Source: a bacterium (lineage in GTDB: Bacteria > Bacillota > Clostridia > Christensenellales > CAG-138). Taken from it: DNA of 33,557 nt. The position numbers and the translations under genes are program-made. Each line of letters opens with the position of its first letter. The stretch's first letter is position 1. Positions 1 to 6,431 of this stretch are shown here, piece by piece. The DNA lies in NCBI GenBank assembly GCA_029218485.1, contig JAQXRK010000208.1, forward strand, positions 1-33,557. The letters are read 5' to 3'. The notes under the pieces were generated by a model. It worked only from the letters and a program-made list of their open reading frames with translations, made no database searches and was not told the DNA's origin.

Positions 1-2
1 CG

Positions 3-137
3 ACGGAAACGCCGGTTGCCGGCGCGCTGGCGCTGCTAGCGGGCATCGTTCTGGCATGGCGGGGCGCAAACCTGTTCTACGTTTCGCTCGCGTGCTGCAC
101 GGTCGTGTTCGTGGTGGAGCTGCTTCTGTGCCACTGA
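3..137 (+). CDS. 3' end of a membrane-protein gene (partial; family not determinable, AzlD-like is only a guess)
   Basis: The frame is open from the window edge (TETPVAGALALLAGIVLAWRGANLFYVSLACCTVVFVVELLLCH) and ends at TGA 135-137. The composition is hydrophobic and TM-like. The start lies outside the window. Confidence 0.35.
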   Translation, partial: TETPVAGALALLAGIVLAWRGANLFYVSLACCTVVFVVELLLCH

Positions 138-263
138 GCCGGCGACGCGCAAACCATCCGCCGCGACCGCACATGGAGACAGCGGCGCACCGCTTCCTGC
201 CGCAGACCGCGCGCATCGTGCCGGTGCAGTCCGTTGAGACTCCGCTCCTGAGCGCCTGAAAAC

Positions 264-285
264 GCCCCATCCGTACGGACGGGGC
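264..285. terminator. GC-rich hairpin between convergent genes (possible bidirectional terminator)
   Basis: gccccatccgtacggacggggc is a near-palindrome. It is followed by ttatt on the + strand and gtttt on the - strand. It lies between the + partial CDS (stop 137) and the - strand sortase gene (stop 371). Confidence 0.4.
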
Positions 286-370
286 TTATTCAGACCGTAA
301 AATAACGGTCAGCGGCAGGGAACATTATGACGCAAAACAGCCCGAACCGCATTGGTCCGGGCTGTTCGTC

Positions 371-1093
371 TCACAGCGTACCTATACCGGCTTGCTTCCG
401 AACGGAAGCGCGTCCTTCGGGTTCCTTCGCGATGCCGGTCGGTTTATTCTTCCGGCGCTTCCAGCCCTCGCAGCGGACGGTGACCCGGCTTTTTCCGCCG
501 ATCGTGCAGGTGAACATCGTTAAATCCCAGTCGCCGCTCACCATGCCCTCGATATCCGTCGGCGCAAGCACCTCGGTTTCTTTCACCGCGTAGGAAAAGA
601 CATTGCCGGCAGCGTCCTTGAAGATCACGCTATCCCCCGGCTGCAGTTCTTTCAGGTTTCCAAAGTGCGCCTTGTAATTATGGGCGCAGATGATCAGGTT
701 GTCCAGATAGGTGGAGCCCTGATAGCGGCAGGGGGAAATCTTCATTTTGGGATAGCTCCATTCACTCATAATGGGAAGGGAGATTTCCAGCGAGGGGATT
801 TCCAGCGTACCGATATAGTCCTGCCCCTTGATCTTGACTACCGGCATTTCCATATCCGGGTTCAGCACATACTCGGGCAAAGGCTCCGTTTCCTCCAGCG
901 CTTCGGTGCTTTCCGGGCCGGCTGGCGATGGCTTCGGCGCGGGGGCAGGGGAAGGGGTTACAGCCGGCATTTCCTGCAGGATGATTTCGGCGCTGACCTC
1001 CGCACGGTGCGCGTCCCACAGATTATACGCTCCAAGGCAGAGGGCTGCCGCAATCAGCAGCAGCCCTCCAAAGATCAGGATTTTATTCTTCAT
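371..1093 (-). CDS. sortase-family cysteine transpeptidase with N-terminal membrane anchor
   Basis: 240-aa ORF with an N-terminal TM segment (ILIFGGLLLIAAALCLGAY). It has the His context IICAHNY, a TLxTC-type active site LTMFTCT, and a downstream Arg (SRVTVRCE). Its start overlaps the stop of the upstream LPQSG-protein ORF by 11 nt. Confidence 0.85.
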   Translation of the reverse strand: MKNKILIFGGLLLIAAALCLGAYNLWDAHRAEVSAEIILQEMPAVTPSPAPAPKPSPAGPESTEALEETEPLPEYVLNPDMEMPVVKIKGQDYIGTLEIPSLEISLPIMSEWSYPKMKISPCRYQGSTYLDNLIICAHNYKAHFGNLKELQPGDSVIFKDAAGNVFSYAVKETEVLAPTDIEGMVSGDWDLTMFTCTIGGKSRVTVRCEGWKRRKNKPTGIAKEPEGRASVRKQAGIGTL

Positions 1094-1757
1094 TTCCGCT
1101 CAGATGCTTCCTGCCATTGCGATTGCGGGTCGCGATCCCGGCAACAATGAAGGCAACGCCCAGAATGCTCAGCATCCATACGGGCCACCAGGACTGTCCG
1201 CTCTGGGGCAGACTGGGCGTCGAGTCGCCCGGAGCAGGCGTGGCAGGCGCACTGTTCTTCTCCCATACAGCCGAATAGGTGGCGTCGCCTTCGACCGTGG
1301 TGGCAAGATCGGGGTTCCAGCCCTCGAAGGTGTAACCCTCGCGGGAGGGGGTACCGCTGAACGCAGGGGTCGGGTCGCCGGCCTTCAGATTGCTCGTGGT
1401 CTGATCGGCAAAGATAACCTCGCCGTCAACGCCGTCCGTGTAGGTGACGGTGTAGGTAATGGACGGGGTAGGCGGCGTGTTCGCCTTCCAAACGGCATAT
1501 ATGGTCTTCGTTACCGAACCACCGTTATATCCCGGTATCGATGCGGCCGACACCAGGCAGGAGCTGCCGGGCTGATACTTGGCCGTTGTTGCGCTCGCAG
1601 TGTCGGCCCAACCCAAGAACGTGTATCCGTCACGCACCGGCAGGCTGCTGGATACGGTGAACGAATGGCTCTTTTCGTATTTGCTGTTCGTTCCATATGT
1701 TTGAGCCGCAGGCGCATTCATTCCGCCGTTGGCGTCATACTGCAGCGTAAAGTTCAC
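1083..1757 (-). CDS. cell-wall-anchored surface protein with sortase sorting signal LPQSG; N-terminus disrupted (probable pseudogene or assembly error)
   Basis: 224-aa ORF starting at GTG 1757. It has two GYTFxGW-type repeat modules (YDANGG...GYTFLGW...IYAVW and YTVTYTDG...GYTFEGW...YSAVW), like Listeria-Bacteroides/InlB B-repeats. The C-terminus is LPQSG followed by a hydrophobic stretch (WWPVWMLSILGVAFIVAGIA) and a basic tail (RNRNGRK). There is no signal peptide in this frame; see the finding at 1741-1969. Confidence 0.65.
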   Translation of the reverse strand: MNFTLQYDANGGMNAPAAQTYGTNSKYEKSHSFTVSSSLPVRDGYTFLGWADTASATTAKYQPGSSCLVSAASIPGYNGGSVTKTIYAVWKANTPPTPSITYTVTYTDGVDGEVIFADQTTSNLKAGDPTPAFSGTPSREGYTFEGWNPDLATTVEGDATYSAVWEKNSAPATPAPGDSTPSLPQSGQSWWPVWMLSILGVAFIVAGIATRNRNGRKHLSGNEE

Positions 1758-1768
1758 AGATATTTCGT

Positions 1769-1795
1769 TGTGTCACCGCCGCCGGGGGTGACACA
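1769..1795. repeat. perfect 9-bp inverted repeat (tgtgtcacc N9 ggtgacaca)
   Basis: Read directly from the sequence. It sits immediately upstream (minus-strand sense) of the 15-nt interval in which the surface-protein reading frame changes. Confidence 0.8.
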
Positions 1796-2038
1796 GTTGA
1801 AATAATAGCACGCGCTGCATCCTGCAGGGGAAAGCTGCGCGCTGGCACCTTCCGATTTGCTGCCATCGCCCTGTCCGGCCCATGAAATATAGCCCAGGGA
1901 ATAGCTTGCAATGTTCCACAATAGTAATTATGGCACAGATCCAGTTAATTTTGTAAATATTTTTTGCATGGATCCGGTGGTTTTTCTATCCCTTCCGGCT
2001 GCCTGATAGCACATCCGGCGCCGCAAAACCGGTGCTTT

Positions 2039-2221
2039 TCAGCCGCCCTGCTTCAGCACATCCGCCCGCCGGCCGCTGTGCGCGCTGCTGAGCAGCCCAT
2101 ATCTCTTCGCTGTTTTCGCAGCAGGATTTATATAGCCGGCGGGCAAATTTCCTGCCGAACCGGGGCATCCCCACAGCGCATCGCAGCAGACGATGCCGGA
2201 CACGGCAGCTTTCAAAACCAT
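2039..2221 (-). CDS. hypothetical small protein (60 aa), family not recognised
   Basis: ORF MVLKAAVSGIVCCDALWGCPGSAGNLPAGYINPAAKTAKRYGLLSSAHSGRRADVLKQGG. The SD-like GAAGGAAGG (2231-2239) lies 9 nt upstream of ATG 2221; an alternative ATG at 2230 abuts the SD. It lies in an otherwise unassigned 370-bp gap. Third codon positions are moderately GC-rich. No recognisable domain. Confidence 0.25.
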   Translation of the reverse strand: MVLKAAVSGIVCCDALWGCPGSAGNLPAGYINPAAKTAKRYGLLSSAHSGRRADVLKQGG

Positions 2222-2252
2222 GTCCGGCATCCTTCCTTCAACCTCGCAAGAC

Positions 2253-2300
2253 GGCCGCCCATCCATGGTGCATTTTGCAGTCCCCGTTTGATGGGCGGCC
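2253..2300. repeat. perfect 11-bp inverted repeat with 26-nt spacer (ggccgcccatc ... gatgggcggcc)
   Basis: Read directly from the sequence. It lies between the NlpC/P60 stop (2339) and the small ORF start (2221). It could be an RNA stem-loop on the minus-strand transcript. Confidence 0.85.
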
Positions 2301-2338
2301 TCTGGTCGGGTGGGGGCTCTTTGCCCCCTGCGCTGTTT

Positions 2339-3193
2339 TTATTTTGCCAGTACGCCGGTAAAGCGGCGGATGGCGGTGAGCTGCATGGCCGACAGCTTGG
2401 AGATTTTGACCACATCGCCGGTTCGCGGCGAGTGGATGAACTGGCCGTTGCCCACATAGATGCCGACGTGCGATACCGGCGAGTTGAACGCAACGAGATC
2501 GCCCACCCGGAGCTGGCTGTAGGGCACCGCGCGGCCGGCTGCCGCCTGCTCATAGCTCACGCGCGGAATGGTGATACCCGCCTGACGGAACGCATACTGC
2601 GTGAGACCGGAGCAGTCGAATCCGGTGGAGGGGCTGGTACCGCCGTACAAATAGGGGAGCCCGAGGTGTGCCTTTGCCGCGTTGACAACGGTCTGGACGC
2701 GCTGCGCCTCCGCGGATACCTGACCGAGCGTGATCTTGCCCGCGATGCCGTCGACCGTCAGGCCGTTCCGCCGCTGATACTGCCGGACGGCGGCGTCGGT
2801 CAGCCGGCCGAAGATGCCGTCGGCGCGGTCGTTCAGGTACCCGAGCAGGATGAGCTGTTCCTGCAGCTGCTTGACCGCGCTGCCGCGGCTGCCGCTGCGG
2901 AGCAGCGTCGTGCTGCCGGACGAGGGCGCGGTCTGCAGGGAAACATAGGTCTTGTAGACATAGCCGGAGAGGTCGCCGTACGTCACGGCATACCAGTTGC
3001 CGCTCTCGCCCGTCACGCGGACATTGTCGCCCCGGTACAGGTAGGTCAGGCGCGCGGTGGCCGTGGAGGGGCCGGTGCGCAGGTTCACGTCGTTGCCGGT
3101 GATCGTACCGGCAGTATCCGCCAACGCGATCGTGGGCAGCAGAAGCATGGCCAGCGTCAGCAACAGCGCAAGAACTCTTGTTTGTTTGTGCAT
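2339..3193 (-). CDS. secreted peptidoglycan hydrolase: SH3b + PG-binding domain + NlpC/P60 endopeptidase
   Basis: Signal peptide MHKQTRVLALLLTLAMLLLPTIALA. SH3_3-like segment (VNLRTGPS...GNWYAVTYGDLSGYVYKTYV). PG_binding_1-like segment (SRGSAVKQLQEQLILLGYL...DGIFGRLTDAAVRQYQRRNGLTVDGIAG). NlpC/P60 catalytic context (FDCSGLTQYAF, SHVGIYVGNGQFIHS). AAGGAGG lies 8 nt upstream of ATG 3193; the ORF-track start at GTG 3202 has no SD spacing. Confidence 0.9.
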   Translation of the reverse strand: MHKQTRVLALLLTLAMLLLPTIALADTAGTITGNDVNLRTGPSTATARLTYLYRGDNVRVTGESGNWYAVTYGDLSGYVYKTYVSLQTAPSSGSTTLLRSGSRGSAVKQLQEQLILLGYLNDRADGIFGRLTDAAVRQYQRRNGLTVDGIAGKITLGQVSAEAQRVQTVVNAAKAHLGLPYLYGGTSPSTGFDCSGLTQYAFRQAGITIPRVSYEQAAAGRAVPYSQLRVGDLVAFNSPVSHVGIYVGNGQFIHSPRTGDVVKISKLSAMQLTAIRRFTGVLAK

Positions 3194-3216
3194 TGCAAAC
3201 ACCTCCTTGCCGCCAT

Positions 3217-3245
3217 ATTATCATAAAAAACAAAAAAATCGGCAA
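3217..3245 (-). promoter_or_regulatory. candidate sigma-A promoter of the NlpC/P60 gene
   Basis: Minus strand reads TTGCCG (3245-3240), a 17-nt spacer, then GATAAT (3222-3217). This is about 24 nt upstream of ATG 3193. The -35 overlaps the 3' arm of the upstream terminator. Confidence 0.35.
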
Positions 3246-3264
3246 ACACCCGGGAGTGTTTACC
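3225..3264 (-). terminator. rho-independent terminator downstream of the CPBP gene
   Basis: Minus strand has stem ggtaaacac / gtgtttgcc (one mismatch) with loop tcccgg, followed by gatttttttgtttttt. It starts 43 nt after the CPBP stop (3307). Confidence 0.7.
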
Positions 3265-3306
3265 GAACCGAAACAACATTGGAATACGCTGGAAAAGTTT
3301 CGCGCT

Positions 3307-4836
3307 TCAGGCGGGAAACAGCGCATAGACGCACATGCCCGCGCAGAGCACGAGATAGCAGATCATGCCGGGATTGCCGAAGATCAGGCGGCCGTCGCGC
3401 CGGGACAGCGGCTCCGCGCCGGGCGCGAACGAGGCGTGCTTTACCCCGCCGGCGAACAGCACGATGCCCCAAATATACAGCGCGATGAGCGCAAACGAGA
3501 GCATGCCTGCCGCGACCTCCCCCAAGGCTTCGATCAGGAGCGGGAGCAGAACGCCGCTGAACAGGTTGACCGCCATGTGCAGCAGAATGGTATAGCCAAG
3601 CTGCCGTGTGCGGCAATACAGATAGCCCAGCAGCAGGCCGATGCCGAACGCATAGAACAGCTGGCTGAAATTGCCGTGCAGCAGCCCGAACACCAACGCC
3701 GAGACGAACAGCGTCGTCCGGTCGCCAAAGCGGTGCAGCCGGTCGATCAGGAGCTTGCGGAACAGCAGCTCCTCGACCACCGGGGCGGCAATGCCGATGC
3801 ATACGATTTGCGGCAGCAGCGCGCCGTCGAGCAGGCTCTCGAGCGGGTTTGTGGGGGAGAGCCCGGTCAGCAGCGTGAACAGCTGCTGAACCATCTGCCC
3901 GATCAGGTTGCCCGCAAAGCCAAGGCCGAAGCACATCAGCAGGCAGCGCATCCAGCCGGAGGCGGTCATACCGGCCCGCGGCCAGTTCTCGCGCGGAAGC
4001 GGCCGCAGCAGCAGCACGAGCAACGGTGCACCGACCAGATACTGCGGGATCGACGAGTATAGATACAGCCCCCAATCGGAGCCGTTGACCCATTTCAAAA
4101 ACGCGGGGGACAGCGCTGCGAGCATCTGTACCGCCATCGTTGCGAGCATATAGGCGCATACGGCAAAGCCGATGCGGGAGAACACGCGGCGCAGCGCGCG
4201 CTGCCGGCCGGAGCCGGAACCGCCCTCCGGCGCATCGCCGCATGGCCCGGCACAGTCATCCGGAGCGGCTGGGCGGCCTTCGCACGAAACAGGCGCATCC
4301 TCGCACGACCCGGTACAATCGTGCGGAACAGTGGGGCAGCCTTCGCCCGAAACAGGCGCATCCTCGTACAGCCCGGCACAATCATCCGGAACAGCGGAGC
4401 AGCCATCGCCCGGGCACGGCGCATCGCCGCAAGAGCCGGCACAATCATCCGGAGCGGTGGGACAGCGATCGTCCACAACGGGCACATCCTCGCACGATCC
4501 GGCACAATCATCCGGAGCGGCGGGGCAGCCTTCGTCCGGGCACGGCGCATCCTCGCACGACCCGGTACAATCGTGCGGAACAGTGGGGTAGCGTTCGCCC
4601 GAGTAAGGCGCGTCCTCACGCAGCCCGGTACAATCTTCCGGAGCGGTGGGACAGCGATCGTCCGCAACGGGCATATCCTCGCACGATCCGGCACAATCAT
4701 CCGGGATGCTGTTGGAGCAAGCGCCGTCCATACACTCCGCACGGCATTCCGCGCAGGGATCGGGCGGCGCCGATGGCGCGCCCGGCACGGCGGCGGGCGT
4801 TCGGGTTTCCGGCGAATCACACGCGCTTACAAACAT
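3307..4836 (-). CDS. CPBP (CAAX/Abi) family intramembrane glutamic endopeptidase with a long Cys/Asp/Pro-rich tandem-repeat N-terminal domain
   Basis: 509-aa ORF. The C-terminal half has the three CPBP motifs: PVVEELLFRK (EExxxR), VFGLLHG (FxxxH) and LLHMAVNLF (HxxxN), set in multiple TM helices. The N-terminal ~210 aa is eight 21-aa repeats of the P-x-x-P-D-D-C-A-G-S-C-E-D-A-P type. The basic stretch RQRALRRVFSR precedes TM1. AAGGGA lies about 10 nt upstream of ATG 4836. Confidence 0.85.
   Translation of the reverse strand: MFVSACDSPETRTPAAVPGAPSAPPDPCAECRAECMDGACSNSIPDDCAGSCEDMPVADDRCPTAPEDCTGLREDAPYSGERYPTVPHDCTGSCEDAPCPDEGCPAAPDDCAGSCEDVPVVDDRCPTAPDDCAGSCGDAPCPGDGCSAVPDDCAGLYEDAPVSGEGCPTVPHDCTGSCEDAPVSCEGRPAAPDDCAGPCGDAPEGGSGSGRQRALRRVFSRIGFAVCAYMLATMAVQMLAALSPAFLKWVNGSDWGLYLYSSIPQYLVGAPLLVLLLRPLPRENWPRAGMTASGWMRCLLMCFGLGFAGNLIGQMVQQLFTLLTGLSPTNPLESLLDGALLPQIVCIGIAAPVVEELLFRKLLIDRLHRFGDRTTLFVSALVFGLLHGNFSQLFYAFGIGLLLGYLYCRTRQLGYTILLHMAVNLFSGVLLPLLIEALGEVAAGMLSFALIALYIWGIVLFAGGVKHASFAPGAEPLSRRDGRLIFGNPGMICYLVLCAGMCVYALFPA
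4210..4713. repeat. 8 x 63-bp in-frame tandem repeat with higher-order (189/252-bp) structure
   Basis: 63 bp equals 21 codons. Segment 4451-4515 matches 4640-4704 with about 2 mismatches (offset 189). Segment 4293-4336 is identical to 4545-4588 (offset 252). All six reading frames are open across the array, which is why the ORF track is crowded here. Confidence 0.9.
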
Positions 4837-4880
4837 GCTGAAACATTCCCTTTCTTTCGCTGGCCGGTCCGTCCGGCGGG

Positions 4881-5129
4881 TCAGGATGCGAGCGCCTTGT
4901 CGATGGCCTGCGCCAGCTGGTCGGCACAGCTCGTGTTCTTGTAGCCGCAGCGGTTGCCGCGCAGCAGCGCCGCGACCTCCGCCGCCGGCTTGCCCTCCAC
5001 CAACAGGCCGATGGCCTTCAGGTTGCCGTCACAGCCGCCGAGAAAGGCGACGTTTTTGAGAATACCGTCCTCAATGTCAAACGAAATGCGCATGGCGCAG
5101 ACGCCGCGGGTATTACAGGTATAGTGCAT
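4881..5129 (-). CDS. TSCPD-domain small protein (TIGR03905-like, 4-Cys family)
   Basis: The ORF read from ATG 5129 is MHYTCNTRGVCAMRISFDIEDGILKNVAFLGGCDGNLKAIG...NRCGYKNTSCADQLAQAI, with conserved Cys spacing and a TSC(A/P)D motif. GGAGGA lies about 11 nt upstream. The upstream in-frame extension to 5180 overlaps the acyltransferase and is probably not used. Confidence 0.8.
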   Translation of the reverse strand: MHYTCNTRGVCAMRISFDIEDGILKNVAFLGGCDGNLKAIGLLVEGKPAAEVAALLRGNRCGYKNTSCADQLAQAIDKALAS

Positions 5130-5130
5130 A

Positions 5131-6396
5131 CTACAGGTTTTCCTCCATGTTGAGATTCTTTGTCGGCCGCTTGCCGCCATGCGCGGAGCAGAACCGGGCG
5201 AGCAGACGGCGGCTCACGGGCCGTTCAAACGCGTAGGTGATGAGCGCTGCGAGGGCGATTGAGAGCGCGAGCACGAGAAGCGTATACTCCCATTGCCAGA
5301 CGCGGTTGCCCGCCATGTTGGGCAGGGTGTCGCCCTCCCAGTACGGGATGCGCCAATTCTTCAGACGAACCGCAAGCCACTGGTGCCAGATGTACAGGTT
5401 GTACGAAATGGCGGCCAGAAAGCGCATGACCCGGTTGGAAAACACCCACCGCAGCGCGCGGCAGGAGAACGCCAGAGACAGGATCAGCAGCAGGAACACG
5501 GCCGAGAGCAGGAACCGGTATTCCGCCTGAAACACCTGTATCGGGTTTGCGTAGGCCGCACCGTTTTGGAACACGGCGATGAGTGCCACGCTCCCGGCGG
5601 CCAGCAGCGTTCCGGCCGCGCTGAGCGTGCGCCGCTGCCACGGCCGGGAGAAGCGCCGGAATGTCCGGCTGAGCAGCACATACAGCCATGCGCCGGCCAT
5701 GCCGTTGGCAAACACGCCGAAAAAGGCGATGAGCTGGTTGAGCGTCATGCGCAGGCTGTCCGGGTTTGGCAGTGCGTAACAGCGCAGGTACAGCTCGGAC
5801 ACCGCCGCCATGGCAAGCCATGTGAGGAGGGGCCGCTTGCGAAACGCTTTGGCCAGCAGCGGAAACAAAAGGTAAAACTGCATCTCGATGGCCGCCGTCC
5901 AGAGCACCACGTTGATGCGCGTGCCGATATAGGTGTCCATGGAAAAGGTCTGCGTGAATGTGAGCGTGGCGATGAGATCCCGCCACATCGATCTGGCCGT
6001 CGCATACGCGCCGCTCGGCAGCGCATAGCAAAAGAAGACCACCAGCACGCACAGCAGATAGGGCGGCAGAATGCGGATGAGCCGTTTTTTATAGAACAGC
6101 CGCCAGTCCGGAACGGGTTCGCCGAGCAGCGCGGCACGCGCGTGCGGCAGAAACAGGCAGAACGCGCTTATGAGCAGCATCAGGTCCACGAACAGATAGC
6201 CGGTGCGCGGCACGGCATCGAGGTTGATCCGCGTGATCCCCAGCCATGAAAGCCACGGGGTCTCGAAAATGGGTATCAGCCAGCTCTGCTGCCAGACATG
6301 AAACCAGAACACAATGAGGATGGCCGCGGCGCGGACACCGTCGAGCACATCCACATGCGTAAAATCGATGCGATTGTCGTTTTCCTGCGCATTCAT
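5131..6396 (-). CDS. acyltransferase family 3 integral membrane protein (OafA/YrhL-like, no SGNH domain)
   Basis: 421-aa polytopic ORF. The N-terminus (RIDFTHVDVLDGVRAAAILIVFWFHV) is typical of the Acyl_transf_3 family, and about 10 hydrophobic segments follow. The stop lies 1 nt from the TSCPD start. Confidence 0.85.
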   Translation of the reverse strand: MNAQENDNRIDFTHVDVLDGVRAAAILIVFWFHVWQQSWLIPIFETPWLSWLGITRINLDAVPRTGYLFVDLMLLISAFCLFLPHARAALLGEPVPDWRLFYKKRLIRILPPYLLCVLVVFFCYALPSGAYATARSMWRDLIATLTFTQTFSMDTYIGTRINVVLWTAAIEMQFYLLFPLLAKAFRKRPLLTWLAMAAVSELYLRCYALPNPDSLRMTLNQLIAFFGVFANGMAGAWLYVLLSRTFRRFSRPWQRRTLSAAGTLLAAGSVALIAVFQNGAAYANPIQVFQAEYRFLLSAVFLLLILSLAFSCRALRWVFSNRVMRFLAAISYNLYIWHQWLAVRLKNWRIPYWEGDTLPNMAGNRVWQWEYTLLVLALSIALAALITYAFERPVSRRLLARFCSAHGGKRPTKNLNMEENL

Positions 6397-6402
6397 GCAG
6401 CT

Positions 6403-6431
6403 ATTATAGCATAGCCGCGCGGCGCTTACAA
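6403..6431 (-). promoter_or_regulatory. candidate promoter with extended -10, positioned for a leaderless acyltransferase mRNA
   Basis: Minus strand reads TTGTAA (6431-6426, overlapping the murF stop), a 17-nt spacer, TGC-TATAAT (6408-6403), then 6 nt (agctgc) and ATG 6396. There is no Shine-Dalgarno. Confidence 0.4.

Noticed and set aside
56-593. Short + strand ORFs 56-259 and 327-593
   Set aside because: ORF 56-259 overlaps the better-supported C-terminal membrane frame and is Arg/Pro-rich. ORF 327-593 is antisense to the sortase 3' end. Neither has an SD.
1758-1795. Programmed -1 ribosomal frameshift at the surface-protein frame change next to the 9-bp hairpin
   Set aside because: The hairpin lies upstream of the shift window, not downstream of it. 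No X XXY YYZ slippery heptamer is present in cacaacgaaatatct. The same gene also carries an in-frame TAA. A pseudogene or an indel error is the simpler explanation.
3260-4243. 327-aa alternative-frame ORF inside the CPBP gene on the same strand
   Set aside because: It is an Arg/Ala/Pro-rich out-of-frame product, whereas the 3307-4836 frame carries all three CPBP motifs and TM helices.
4210-4713. Possible CRISPR array, because of regularly spaced repeats
   Set aside because: The units are contiguous 63-bp repeats with no unique spacers. They are in frame within a CDS, and no cas genes or leader are present.
4095-4944. Several 140-240-aa repetitive ORFs on both strands over the CPBP repeat region (e.g. 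4140-4841+, 4321-4944+, 4095-4820-)
   Set aside because: A 63-bp tandem repeat lacking stop codons leaves all six frames open. Only the 3307-4836 frame is contiguous with the CPBP catalytic domain and has a plausible SD. The others are Arg/His/Pro-rich repeat artefacts.
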